Assembly: GCF_009914755.1 (NCBI RefSeq)
Contig: NC_060936.1
Length of the DNA: 64,000 nucleotides
Strand: one strand, 5' to 3'
DNA from: the human T2T-CHM13v2.0 reference genome, Homo sapiens
This document shows positions 1 through 14,892 of the stretch, piece after piece. Each line of letters starts with the position of its first letter. Position 1 is the stretch's first letter. A program made the translations under genes and the position numbers. Below the pieces are notes generated by a model that was given only the letters and a program-made list of their open reading frames with translations, was not told the origin of the DNA and did not search any database.

Positions 1-70
1 AGCCTCAAATTGTGGGGATCAAGCTATCCTCCCACCTCAACTTTCTGAGTAGGTGGGGCTACAGGTGTGC
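1..70 (-). mobile_element. Old Alu/FLAM fragment, cut by the window edge
   Basis: aagctatcctcccacctca...gctacaggtgtgc resembles antisense AluJ/FLAM sequence. Confidence 0.55.
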
Positions 71-974
71 CTGAAATGTTTCTTTACTTTTTGTTTGCAT
101 TAGAAATATTTCCCCACCTCATTCCATTTTCCATCTCTCTTAATTTTCTAAAATACACGTGTTTTCTAAAACCAGGTCTAAACCCCACCTACAGCTAAAA
201 TCCTCCAATAACTTCCCATGACTTTGGTGATAAAATAAAAAATCATTAGCAGAATTGAGAAATCCTTCCTGATCTGACTCTTAACTTCTCTCCCCCAAGT
301 GGCATGAAAGCATCATTTGGATTCTGAATTCCATGACACCAGGTATCAAGTTTTCTACCAGTCAGAATCACTACTTATTTACAGACCATATTTACAGAGG
401 GAGACAATATGGAGAGGTTCTTGCTCTATTCTTGCCATAACACCATGTCTTCAATTTCACAACTAGATATATAGTTCCTATCCCTCTAATTCCCTTCTCC
501 TCTCCAGCGCTTTTTCACTTGATCAACACCTAGCTGATTCTAGCCTCAGCAAAGATCTCACCTGCTGTATGTAGGACGGCTCTGCCGTTTCCAGAATGGG
601 TTAAGTATGCTCTCTTGTGTGTCCATATCTACCTGTGCTTTCCTATATCCAGATCTCCAACAGCCCCTGTTGTAACATCCTTGTCATCACCATCTCACAG
701 CTCTTACCACTGTAACCTTGGGGCCAGTGACTGTGTTTTTATTTCTGTATTACTAAGGTGAATATACAAGGCAGGAATTTAATATTAGCTAGTTCATTTG
801 ATCCTGCCAAACCTCTGTAATTAAGGAAGCAGAAAAGGTCCCATAGTCTCATTCAATAGGTGGCTGAGGTTTAGAGAGTTTTGTATCCTGTCCAAGGTCT
901 TACAGCTAGTTAGAAACAGAAACTAAATTCTCAACTTGAGTCCTGTATTCTTTCTACTATTCTCCCTCTCAATC

Positions 975-975
<1 letters not shown>

Positions 976-1043
<68 letters not shown>

Positions 1044-1048
1044 TACAC
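976..1048. repeat. Compound (CT)n(CA)n microsatellite about 520 bp upstream of the GLIPR1 ATG
   Basis: Read directly from the sequence. Confidence 0.95.
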
Positions 1049-1568
1049 GCTTACATGTTTCTACCATCGTGAATGAATTCTAGGTCAAGTTTATGATGTT
1101 AACCAGATATTCCAACCACTATGTGTTGATATGACTCTAAAAAGAAAAAGATTTCTGAAAGCATTTTGCGAGGCATTTATAGAAGTAAGAGATATTTTCA
1201 TTTTATCACCGCAACCTCCATTAAAAATTGGAGACTATTATTCCTGGAGACTTCAGAATTTTCTTTGGAAATATCTCCCAATTCAAAAGGAAGTCTGACA
1301 CAGCCTCATAAAAATCTATGTCGTAATAGGTGCTGTGTCACTGAAAACCACTGAAAAGACAGGGTTAAGAACACAAAGTGAGCTGCACACCATATATGGA
1401 GAAACCCGTTTCTTAAAACTAGTGATGAACTCATGCTCTGTTCTGTTTTCTCAAAGCTGAAGTCGGCTAGGTTTGCAAAGCTGTGGGCTGAGCACTCAGG
1501 CAATCACACTCTCAGAAACTGCGGCGGCTCTGGACTGCAGCCTCCCAAGGCTCCATGCCAGACAAAGC

Positions 1569-1742
1569 ATGCGTGTCACACTTGCTACAATAGCCTGGAT
1601 GGTTTCTTTTGTCTCCAATTATTCACACACAGCAAATATTTTGCCAGATATCGAAAATGAAGATTTCATCAAAGACTGCGTTCGAATCCATAACAAGTTC
1701 CGATCAGAGGTGAAACCAACAGCCAGTGATATGCTATACATG
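1569..1742 (+). CDS. GLIPR1: GLIPR1 coding exon 1 (signal peptide and start of CAP domain)
   Basis: ATG at 1569, MRVTLATIAWMVSFVSNYSHTANILPDIENEDFIKDCVRIHNKFRSEVKPTASDMLYM; donor ATG|gtaagg; 174 nt, phase 0. Confidence 0.97.
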
Positions 1743-2519
1743 GTAAGGAAAATATCATTAATTGTGGCGTCAGTCAGTCAGAAACAACTAATGTGTATTG
1801 ACTTTGGTGTTAATACCTTCATAATACTGAATGATTTTTTTTTCATTGTGATTAATGTATGCAGTAAATTCACAGTCTGTGATCAAAACACATCCAGTTT
1901 AGCTCTGTCTACCCAACTGTTGTTATAAGCAAGTGCCACAGCACATTTTACTTCTCTTTGGACACTTCCTGTTTTCTGGTTTTCAGTGGATTTTACTTCT
2001 CTTTTTGTTATCTTCCTCCCTGTTAATTTTTGTGATTTGGTTTTCTTTTTTTTTTTTTTTTTGTCTCTAAATTTACTTTTTTTGCTGCTGACAAAGTACT
2101 GAGTTGCTCAGGTAGGCAGAATGGCATCTGGGGAAAGGATGGGATTTTGATTCAGTAAGGCTTGGGATTGAATTTCAGATCTGTGGCTTTAAGCTGGTTT
2201 TTAACCTTTCTGAACTTCTTAGGATATGGGCTGTTGTGGTTATGGAATAATGTTGTGAAACACGGCACACACTATTTTGCCCACAATTAGCCTTCAGTGA
2301 AATGTCAGTTTTCCTCACTTAGATTCTAAATTCCATGAAACTAAATTGTCACGTTTCCTACCAGCCCTACTCAGTGCTTGAAGACCATATTTATAGAGGA
2401 CTCATATGCAGTGGTATCTTCTCTCCTTATCTCACCTCGTTTTCCATTCAAATTCCCACTGTACTCACCCCAGTTACATTTTAGATGAACCCCCTATTGT
2501 TTAATGTTTATTTTTGCAG

Positions 2520-2765
2520 ACTTGGGACCCAGCACTAGCCCAAATTGCAAAAGCATGGGCCAGCAATTGCCAGTTTTCACATAATACACGGCTGAAGCCA
2601 CCCCACAAGCTGCACCCAAACTTCACTTCACTGGGAGAGAACATCTGGACTGGGTCTGTGCCCATTTTTTCTGTGTCTTCCGCCATCACAAACTGGTATG
2701 ACGAAATCCAGGACTATGACTTCAAGACTCGGATATGCAAAAAAGTCTGTGGCCACTACACTCAG
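2520..2765 (+). CDS. GLIPR1: GLIPR1 exon 2 (CAP domain)
   Basis: tttttgcag|ACT; TWDPALAQIAKAWA...GENIW...VCGHYTQ; donor CAG|gtaagg; 246 nt. Confidence 0.97.
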
Positions 2766-5187
2766 GTAAGGATCTGCCCTATATTATCTTGAAACTGTCT
2801 TTTCAAGTATGAGGAGAAAAATTGTACTATGAAGTTAAGAAAATGTATAGTATGCTAGTATACCTGTAAATATAAGGGAGTTAAATAGAACAGCCTCCAA
2901 TAACAGAAAATAATGCTTGAAAAGTTTAGTTGTGTGAACTAAACACATAATAGGTAATATGTGAGGCCCACCAACTTGGACAGGCTTTGAACAATTCCTG
3001 TAACAGCTATTCTCCCATAGGACTTTATTCCATTTGTGAGAAATCAAAGAACCTTATGAGTGAAAGGATTTTCAGGTTCCAGCTGTGGCATGAGTTTTAA
3101 ATGAAATTTGAGCCAATTGTTTTGGGACTATAAAATTGGAAGAAACAAGACTCTCAGACAGAAACATCAATAAGAACTGATGCTTCCACAACCTCTCATT
3201 CTCTCAAACATCGACTGAAAACCTACTGTGTGCCATGCACTAGGCACCACGCACGGTGCTACACAAGGAGGGAGAAAAAGTCAGTCCCAGGCCAACAGAG
3301 AGGCCAACGTGTAAACTTATATGAACCATTCTGAGGGTATTCTGCCCCCAGAATCCATATTATTTGTCCCAATAGCCACATTCAGAGCCACCCATTGAGT
3401 TTTTTTTTTTTTTTTTAATTTTTACTCAAGCTGATTCTGGCTCCCTAACCCTACCTCACATTTGCAGCATGATGGAAACAACTCTCTAGGGAGCATCTGT
3501 CATAATTGTCTTCAGACGCTGCCTTCCTGTCCTGGCTACATTTTGTTTATTTACTGTCACTTCCTGGCCATCCTTGTCAAACCAATAACGTACGGTACTT
3601 AACCTATAATTGACTGTTTTGGGGCACAAAAAATCAGTTGAAATGAGGTATGAAGGCAAAAACGTTTCTATCAAGGCAGTTACATTGAAACATTAGGTGG
3701 TTTTAAGGAACAACATGGTGTAAGAAAACCTCCCTTACTCCAGCTCAGCCTTACAAAGCCTGTGATCTCATTCGTGGTGCTCAGATGAACCAAGTTTGGT
3801 GCAGTTACAAAAAATTATTATAAGAGTAAAATGAATTTCTCCTAAATTTACTTCATAAACTAACAATTTTGGTTTACATTTACAAATAAATTTAACCAGG
3901 AAATAAGTTTCCTTGGATTCCAACAAGACCTAGGGGAGTAGAAAGCTAAATCTAGATAGCCTACAAGTGGTACTTGTACTGTTATGCATTGCGGTATTTA
4001 AATACTCAGAAATAATTGTCAGTTTGAGGGTGCCTACTTTCATTTATTTATTAGTCAGTGTTTAAGCTTTTACCCTATAACAGGCACTAGTGATATGTCT
4101 TAGTCCAGATTCTTGGAAAACAGAGCCTGAGACAATAGTTTATGAGCTAACATTTTATTGGGATACAATCTTGGAGAAGCGGAAGTGAGGAGAAATAGGG
4201 AATGAGCCAGGGAAGGAGGAGAAATACAGCTGGAAATGGTCCCTGACCCTCAGAAATTGACCTTTTGGGAGAGACTTATGTGTAAATGGATTATGACAGT
4301 GTTTGGCTAGTACAATTTAGAGAAGCTGACAAAGTGCCATGTGAGCAAGGAGGACAGAATGAGCAACTTATCCGGCCAAAAGGAAGTGTAAAGCTTCACA
4401 CTGCTGGAGACATGTGAATTGGTACTTGAAAACTGAGTGGGAATTTTTCAGATGAAAAGGAAAGGGAAGAGAATTCTCAGCAAGGTGTGGAAAGTATACA
4501 ATGTGTATGAATGGGCCTGGTACTTTAGATCAATGGCAAGAAGCTCAGCATGCCAAATATATAGAGGTCAAAAGACTGTAAAATTGACAACAGACTCCTA
4601 AACCATGCTCAATACACAAGTTAAGACACTCCATGTTCACCATTCCAGGAAATCGAAAGAAGAGAACATTTGAGTTTATGCCATAAATGCCTGAGATTTC
4701 ACAGATGGCCCTCCCAAAATTAACTGAGCTTACTTGTAAAATTTCCCCTTACCTCTAAGGGAAAAAAGGAGGACTAATATTTTGGTCATGAGAAAATTCA
4801 TTTTCTAAAACCCAGTCCCATACATACAGATATTAAAACCCAAGCTCAGTGATCCTAACATGAGTGATCCTCTTTAAGAAACCACTACATTCTACCCCCA
4901 CTTCAGAAGAGGGGCACTCATCACGGGGAGAATGTCCAAGAACCCCCTGGGCTGGGAAGATAGGGCAGCAGCAATCACTTTTTAAATGGGCATAGTGTTT
5001 AGCTCTCTACACTGAAGACCTCATTCAATTATTACCACAAATCTATTAAGGAGATGTTAATGGTATTACCCACAGGTGAATAAACAGACTTAGAGAGGTT
5101 AATAAGTTGTTCCCCTGATGTCATTTAGCTAGTAAGATGAAGAGTTGAGGTTCAGATATTAGATATGTTGGAAGGCTTAAATAATAA

Positions 5188-5581
5188 TTTCACTTGCGTC
5201 CTTGTGAAGAGACCACCAAACAGTCTTTGTGTGAGCAATAAAGCTTTTTATCACCTGGGTACAGGCAGGCTGAGTTCAAAAAGAGAGTCAATGAAGGGAG
5301 ATGGGGTGGAGCTGTTTTATAGGATTTGGGTAATGGAAAATTACAGTCAAAGGGGGTTGTTCTCTGGCTGGCAGGGGTGGGAGTCACAAGGTGCTCAGTG
5401 GGGGAGCTTTTGAGCCAGGATGAGCCAGGAGAAGGAATTTCACAAGGTAATGTCATCAGTTAAGGCAGGAACAGGGCATTTTCACTTCTTTTGTGATTCC
5501 TCAGTTACTTCAGGCCATCTGGATGTATACGTGCAGGTCACAGGAGATATGATGGCTTAGCTTGGGCTCAGAGGCCTGACA
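5188..5581 (-). mobile_element. HERV-H solo LTR (LTR7 family), antisense in GLIPR1 intron 2
   Basis: Minus strand starts TGTCAGGCCTCTGAGCCCAAGCTAAGCCATCATATC and ends GGTGGTCTCTTCAC...TGAAA; 5-bp TSD AATAA at 5183-5187 and 5582-5586; TATA (plus ttttata 5315-5321). Confidence 0.9.
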
Positions 5582-6136
5582 AATAAAATATGTATACATT
5601 ACCTAATAAAATACTAGTATTTAGTAGGCATTGAACAAAGGGTAGATCCTTACATGAGCTGGTTTTCCAACAATCATAATGGAAGAAGGATCTGATAGCT
5701 AGGTGAAAGACTGTTTTCATCATGACAAGAAATCTTCCTGGGGGACTCAAAACTACTCAATTGCTGTGTTAAATTCATGCTGAACAGTTACTTTAAGTGG
5801 ATATTACAACCTCCTACTTATCCTCATCTTCTCTTCAAAAATCGAGCTATTTGCAGATTTTGGCTGATGATGGGAGGTTGTACAGAATAAAGAAAATAGA
5901 TTCAGGCCCATTAACTCCTCACAAAATGTATGATATTTCTTGATGTATTCATTCAACACTTTAGCTTTGTCTTCACTGGAGATAGACTGGCATTGAGAAA
6001 AAATGTTGGTGTATAAAATGGAAGATGACTCAAATTCGACATTCTGTTGCTGACAGTTCAGCTTTATAAAGTTTAGAAATAGTTTAATTAAAGTATCTGG
6101 GCAGGGTAGAGGATTACTTGGATTTGATAGTGCTAG

Positions 6137-6502
<366 letters not shown>

Positions 6503-7304
6503 AGCTTTATTTTTATACTCGCATAGAACCATGGAAATGTGACCTGTTTCACAATTTCTGTAGTAGGTTTCATATATGTTACAATGTTACCATACTCCCG
6601 ATAATGAACCAGAAGAGCTCATACCGAGAATTGAAAGGGAAAGATGGTAGGAAGGGGTTGTGGGCCTATAAGGGAGACATCTTCCTTCCCTCTGGGTTCC
6701 CCAGGTGCAGTGCTTTTGTAAGAAAGGTATAAAGAGTGGTTCCTGGTTCTGAAGAGCTTGCTAAAAGAGAAAACACTCTAAAAGCATCTTGCTGAGGGCA
6801 TGGACTGTCCTCACAGTACTTCATGGCCAGGCAGAATTAGGTTCCAATCTTTTACCTACAAAAGGAAGAGCAATAACACTTTATAAGGATTAAACATGAT
6901 GTCACATGTAAAATGCTTAATGGTACACCTAAGTTCTCAAAAATGAGTAGCGCTTATAATTATGGTTTTTTGTTTACTACAGTAAGAAAACATACAACAG
7001 AAACCTGCCTGATAAAAAAAAAATTAAAGTGTTAAGAATTTTTAAGCCTAAGAAACTTAGTGGTAAGGGAATGAAACAAGAATATTTGCTGAGTGCTTGC
7101 TATGTTCCAGAAGCTCATTTAAAACTTCAAAATAGGCCTATGGAGTTGGTATTGTTATTATCCTCATTTAATAGATAAGGAACCTAAGACCAAGGTCACA
7201 CTGTAAGTGGCAAAGCTTGAATATGAACTCAAGCCTTGTGGCTCCAAAGCCCACAAGTTTAACCAAAAACCAGAGTGCCCATGAAGCTTTTAAAAAGAGA
7301 CTGA

Positions 7305-7690
7305 CTTGGATAGATAAACTGTGCTACATCCACGTAATAAATATTACTCAGCAATAAAAAGCAGTGACTACAAATGAATACAACAAATGCCTATACTAAG
7401 TGAAAGAAGCCAGATTCAAAAAGCTATATTTAGACTGATTCCATTCATATAACATTCTGGAAAAGGCAAAACTACAGAAACAGATTAATGACTGCTGGGG
7501 TCTGGGGGTGGGGGTTGACCACAAAGGGGCTCAAGGGAACTTTCTGGGGCGATAAAAATATTCTATATCTTGAATGTGGTAGTGGCTACACAACTGTATT
7601 CTTTTGTCAAAATTCGTAGAAATGTACATCTAAAAATCATAAATGTTATTGTATCTTTATTATACCCTAATAAACCTGACTTTTAAAAAA
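7305..7690 (+). mobile_element. Old L1M 3'-end fragment
   Basis: ggatagataaactgtgctacatcc...ctaagtgaaagaagccaga...ttattataccctaataaacctgac resembles L1MB/MC 3' UTR; boundaries approximate. Confidence 0.6.
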
Positions 7691-7894
7691 AGAGGCCAAC
7701 TAAAACACACAAAATGAATGGTAACTAACATTTGCACACTTCTGAGGAAAAAGTATTAAAATGGGGAAGGGATCCAAAGATTAAGAATACTTTTGATATA
7801 ACAACGCTACAGAAGAAAGTGCTGGAAGACCAAAGGATAAAAATATAAAATGAGCCAAGGTGACAATAAAGGAATAAAGACAACACTGAACACA

Positions 7895-8000
7895 GCATGC
7901 ATAGGAATTACCTGAGGAACTTGTTAAAATGCAGACTCCAAAAGCAACTCCAGTGACTGGCATTCAGTAGGTCTGGGACAGGCCCAAGATCATTTTAAAC
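7895..8000. mobile_element. MER5A-like hAT-Charlie fragment
   Basis: aattacctgaggaacttgttaaaatgcagact...attcagtaggtctgggacaggcccaaga. Confidence 0.55.
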
Positions 8001-8438
8001 AAAGGACCCCACATAAAATCACTTGAGATATAGAATAAAATTAAGAAATTTTAAAAATAAAACAAAACTGATTAGAAAGTAGAAGTTTAAGGATCAAACC
8101 TGAGGATTAACAACCCTTATAAAACTGGGCTTTCGCAGTGAGACAGAGGCCTAAGCTGATTCATTGCCTGTTCAGGCTGGAGTTCCCCGCAGGGGGTTCC
8201 TGGGGATAAAGAAATGTTTCTAGGGAGCACCCCTTTTAGATCATGGAGTAGGGAAGTACACTCGCCCTTGCCAAAGGAGGGTACCCTCTCCAGTTGCCAA
8301 ACCAAGGAGAAGGCAGCCCACACTCTGCCCATCATCTCCCTAGTCACGTCCCCACTTCTACCACACCTTTAAATCTTGGAGAAGCTGAGACTCCAACCTC
8401 AGCTCCCCTCTTGCCTCACTTCCTACTCTCCCTCCAGG

Positions 8439-9318
<880 letters not shown>

Positions 9319-10891
9319 CAGGGAGTAAATTTCATTTATTTTTAAAGTAAACTTCTTCATTTTCTGCAGCCACGCTGGCTTTTCTTTGAGTTCTGTGAAT
9401 GGGTCAGTCCCACCCAGGGATCACACAGGATGTTGCCCTCTGCTGGAAGACTCCAGACCAGCTCATCCCAGCTCCAGCTCCACCTCATTTCTTCAGAGAA
9501 AGGCACCATGCCATATATGCCCTTAGCATCTTCCACTGCCTATTCACAGTGGTCAAACCCTCACCTGATGAGTTTCATGACTGCTTTTTTTCTAAGTTTT
9601 GTGAATGTACCCACTGGTTCTAGCTCACTCAATTTTGAATGTATTTGGCACAGTTCTTATGACAAAATTGCTCAAAAACTTATGAGTAAAAAATAATTTA
9701 AAATGTAATTTGGTACTGCTGTAAAAATGAGTGCATTTAATTGCTGGCTGTATCCACCTTTAAATACTCTCTTCTTTAGGCTTTTGTGACACCAAACACT
9801 CTTGGTCAAGATGGGCTATATAATTGAATTTGTGGAGCCCATTGCAAAATGATGTGGAATCTTTTGTTCAGAAAGCAAAAGAAAAGCACCACTAAAGGTG
9901 CTAAAATATGTGACAGCACTGATCTAAACCAAGCATGGGGCTCTTTTGAGTGCTGGATCCCATGTAACAGCGCAGGTCTCTCTGTTCTTGGTTTCCCTCC
10001 TACATCACTGACCACTCCTTCAGTCTGTTTTGCAGGCTGGTTTTGTGTTTGCTTTCATTATTCCAGACTCTCATTTACTTGATCTATTATATTTGCCTGT
10101 GTGATCTAATCTTGCTCCATGTCTTCCAGATTTACATCTCTAGCCTTACCCTGTCCTCTGGACTGCAGCCACCAAGTTAATCTTCACTTGATATCTAATA
10201 GGCCTCTCAAAATCAACATATTCTGAACAAAACCCCTGCCCACGCTCCCACCTACCCTCCTCCTTCCCTAGTTTTCTCCATCTCAGTAAATGTTTCTCAG
10301 GCCCCAAACCAAAACTTTATCTCTTCCCCTCTTACCCTACACTCAAAATCCTTTTAACTTTACCTCTAAGCTGAGCCATGAACCTGATTCATTCTTGGGA
10401 GCTCCACTGGCATCACCCACGTGTGAGTCACTATCTTTTCATTCTTGTACCACTGAAACAGCCTCCAAAATTACCTGCTTCCTGTTCCCCTTGCTCTTTT
10501 CAGTCCGTTCACTTCGTGACCTAAGACATGAAAAAGAACATAGCACTCACAAGAATCTCCCTGATCGGTTTCTCTGCCTTTGACCTCACTGCTTACAACT
10601 CTCTCCAACTCATCAGATCTTGGCTTCACTTGCTTTCTTCCTGCCAATCTATAATGCCAAGCAAATTCCATCTCAGGGCCTTTCTCCCTGGTGTTCCCTC
10701 TGCTTGGAATGCTCTTCCTCCATTGTTTAAGTTTCCTGAATGTTTGTCCTGAGTGCTGCATCCTCGTCGTCCAAGTCTCAGTTCAAATGCTTCCTCTGAA
10801 CACCCAAGTAAAATCAGCATCACCTTGCCAGCAATCACTCCCTATTGCATTACCGTTTTATTTCTTCATTGTACTGTCAAAAATTATCTTA

Positions 10892-10894
<3 letters not shown>

Positions 10895-10924
<30 letters not shown>
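10895..10924. repeat. (CA)n microsatellite
   Basis: Read directly from the sequence. Confidence 0.95.
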
Positions 10925-10927
<3 letters not shown>

Positions 10928-11096
10928 CAATAATGGTAACTACAGGTCTATCCAGCTGATTTCTGAGTATCTAAACCTTCCTGGGTTTTAAGCACTCTAA
11001 CTAGAGTGGTATACCTCACCATGTTTATGAAGACCTAATCATACCCAATGTTTATCTTATGGTTTTTCTCTGTTAAAAATCCTTATTTCCTTTCAG

Positions 11097-11209
11097 GTTG
11101 TTTGGGCAGATAGTTACAAAGTTGGCTGCGCAGTTCAATTTTGCCCTAAAGTTTCTGGCTTTGACGCTCTTTCCAATGGAGCACATTTTATATGCAACTA
11201 CGGACCAGG
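11097..11209 (+). CDS. GLIPR1: GLIPR1 exon 3
   Basis: tttcag|GTT; VVWADSYKVGCAVQFCPKVSGFDALSNGAHFICNYGP completes the CRISP signature GHYTQVVW; donor AGG|gtaagt; 113 nt. Confidence 0.97.
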
Positions 11210-12774
11210 GTAAGTGCCTGAATCAACCGGTTTATAGGAAACGCCCCCCCCCCCCCCCCAAAAAAAAACAACAAAAAAAAAACATTTTAGCAGTATTCCT
11301 CTTCATTATAGAAAATCTGGATAAAGTATAAATAAAAAATTAACATAACCTTTAATTCTTCTGCCCAGAGATATACTTAATTAACATTCTGGTACATTTT
11401 TCTTGGAGAGAGAGAGGGTGTGTGTGTGTGTGTACTTCCTTTATATATACTACCTAAATACATACGCACATATTTTTAAGAGTGGTAAGACTAAAATATT
11501 CATCAGGGACATAAATTGTATATGGTAATACCACAAAGTGGAAGAACTGATGTTATATTTATTGGTTTATTAGAAACTTGGCAATTTTACACAATTTTCA
11601 AAGCAAAACAGATTCCTCAACTTATATAACCTATTTCATTTACTTTTGACAGTTGTTTTTAAAACAGATATAGTTCCCACTTTGGGAAACAGGGCAAACA
11701 CCTTCCTCCTACTTTCTTTAAACTTACATATGTGTGCTTGTGTCATACACATATTTAGAAATCTGATCATACTGAAAATATACATTTTCTATTTTTCACT
11801 TAAAATTATGCTGTGAAAAATTTTCCTTTTCAAAATTTTAAGTGATTTTAATCATAAAAATGATAGTTTATATAATGCTTACAATGCTCTCAGCACTGTT
11901 AAAGTGCTTCACATATATTAACTTAATCTTCACCAGAAGTTTATGAGATGGCTCCTATTACTACCCCTGTTTGGCAAATGAGAACAGCAAGGCACACACG
12001 GGTCAGCAACCTGCCCAAAGTTCTACAGTTAGTGACTATCACTGATGGACTTTGATCTGGCTGTCTAGCTCCAGAGTCCATGCTCTTGATGGTACCACCA
12101 TCCTGTTGAAGAATTTAGATTGTTCACTATATTTTCATTTAATATATGATGAACAACCTCATATATGTATCTTCAGTCACTTCTATTTCCCTATAATTCC
12201 TTGAGATACTAGCACGTAAAGACTGTGACCATTTTTGTTTTAAGTACATATTGCCAAATTACATTCCACCATTATATCAATTTGTATTTCACCATCAGTA
12301 CTAGGTATTATAATTTCTTAGTATTTTCTAATTTGATGGAAATGGCATTTCATTTGCTTTCTTTTGCATCTCTGTGATTACTAGTAATTATAAATTTCTT
12401 CACATAATTGTCTATTTATATTCCTTTTTCTGTGAATCATGTGGGCTGACCATTTTTCTACTAGATTTTCTTATTTATAAAAGTTTTTATATTTTAAAGG
12501 TTTTTAACCATTTGCAATATATATAATGATCTTTAATTTGTTGCCTTTGAATTTTTGGATTCCTGGAGATTGGCTGAAAGAAAGCCATTTCCCTGGTGTA
12601 ATGTGCAGAAGACATGCTCGATACTCTGACTGAGTGCTGTAGGTGTGAAGGAGGAGACAAAGCGTCATTCAGAAGATGACAGCTTTGACTTAATATCTTA
12701 AGAGTTGGAAAATAAAGAAAACCCAGAAAAAACTAGACAAAGCCATAATTCAGTTAGTGGTAACTTTTCATGAC

Positions 12775-13069
12775 TTTTTTTTTTTTTTTTTTGAGACAGG
12801 GTCTCTCACTCTGTCACCCAGGCTGGAGTACAGTGGCTCGCTTACGGTTCACTGCAGGCTTAACCTCCCAGGCTCAAGCAATCCTCCCAACTCAGCCTTC
12901 CTAGTACCTGAGACTACAGGCACATGCCACCATGCCCAGTTAATTTTTTTGTAGAGACAGAGTTTTGCCATATTGCCCAGGCTCATCTCCAACTCCTGGG
13001 CTAAAGTGATCCACCTGCCTCAGCCTCCCAGAGTGCTGGGATTATAGGCATGAGCCACTACACCCGGCC
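12775..13069 (-). mobile_element. AluJ
   Basis: Poly-T then gagacagggtctc...ggctcaagcaatcctccc...cccggcc. Confidence 0.88.
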
Positions 13070-14892
13070 TCATATGACATTTTTAATGGTTAAGATACAA
13101 TTAATTTACTGTGTGACCCTGGACAAGTTAACTCTGAATCTCAGTTTAACCTCCAATAGATCAGGGTTACAGGACCCATCACTTAGAGTAGCTATGAAAG
13201 TGACAAGAGAAGGCTTTGTAAAATACTAGGTATATATAATGCTTGGCAATAGTGAATGTTTTGTAAGTATTCATGATTTTTATTCATTAAAGTATAAATG
13301 TAAATTTTCCTGGTTTAGACTCACTTATCTTCAGAGTTATAAACAATATTAAATTATAAAACTTACAACCAAAGTTATAATGCTTCCATAAAGACTAACT
13401 TCAAATATTCATTTATTCAACAAATATTTGTTTTACTGAGCTCCAAAGGAGAACAGGGCAGTCTCTGTCTTTATGAGAGTAATATTTATGGGGCAAACAG
13501 ATAATAAAAATACAAGTAAAATAACTGCATCATTATGGGGCAATTAAGGAACTATAAATAATACTGTAATAGAAACTATCAATAGGCAAGGCCCCTGTTT
13601 AGAATAATCAGGGAAGGGCTTCTTGTGTTATATTTAAGCTTAGGCATGAAGAATGAGAAGGAATCAGACATAAGAACTTCTGGAACAGCTGTCTAGTGGA
13701 GAAAAGAACAGCAAAACTTCCGTGAAGAAAAGTTTGGCAAGTTTAAACCACAGAGACTGGTGCCCTCGGTCTGCTAAACAGATGAAACGGGGGGAGGAAG
13801 GCAGTTGCAGATCTAGCGGGAACTTTTAGATCATGACAAAGTTTACATAAGAAGTCATTCAAGTATATTAAGCAGGGGAGCGATGAGACCTTTAAATTTG
13901 GACATCAGTCTGGATGGAAAATGGATTAGAGGAGCATAAAAGGTAAAACAGAGAGACCAGTTAGGAATGTCCTCATTTCCCTTTGCCCTCTGCCCTCTGA
14001 GGTATTATTTTCCTATACACAAAAAGTTGTAGGCCCCCATTCCACATAATCTTAGGAAGTCCAGTATCCTCCTCAATATTTCTGATACCTCAGAATGGGG
14101 TCTGGGATGCTTAATCTTCCAGTTGCCTGTAATACTCTCCTCTTCATTTCCCCTGGGCACCATGAACAAGGGTATGGTGTGTAACAGATCTTTACTCAGA
14201 GTGGATTAGTGGAGGAGAGGATTATAGCACAGAAGAGGAAATAACTTTGACCACAAGATAGTCAAGATAGTACCAGTGTGCTTAGGCCGTCACTGCCTTA
14301 GGGACCCTTACCCATATTTATCTTTTTCTTTAAAGATTTGTCTTCGGTCTTCCCCTGGGTCCCATAACCCCAACCCTCTTCTCTCTCAGGCTACCAGGGA
14401 AAACATTGAAATGTCCTGTTGCTTTATTGTGCTGAATACTTTAGGTCCCACAGTCTTAATGACTCCCATCTAGACAAATCCAGGCCTTTCCAGTAGCATG
14501 TTTCTCCCAAGATGAATACTACCATTTCCACAGACCTCACCGACTGTCTTGGTTTTTAGCTTATTTTTAAGTAGCATTTTTTACCTTTTCCTTTACAGTT
14601 TGGAATGCACAACTAAGTATCATAAATGACTTTATTAAAATCATTCTAGAACTTAAACCACTTAATACTGTGCTTATTAACAATGAAAGACATTCCAATG
14701 ATTAATGTCTATTTTGGACATCTTTTGAAATTGCTATCAGAATTTCTACTATATTACCTTTTTTCCATGGTGTAGAGTAAGCAGAGGGCTAATTAAATTT
14801 CTGAAGCAACTTAAAATTTGGAGCAAAATGAGATAAGAACATAGATTTGGGGTTGGAAATAAGGTATCGTTATAAAGTTGTGTGTCTAAGGT

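Noticed and set aside
1551-1574. Possible p53 response element (two CATG cores); GLIPR1 is a known p53 target
   Set aside because: Several mismatches to RRRCWWGYYY plus a spacer; not supportable from sequence alone
1473-1928. 151-aa ORF as a standalone protein
   Set aside because: It is GLIPR1 exon 1 with a TTG-started upstream extension and read-through into intron 1
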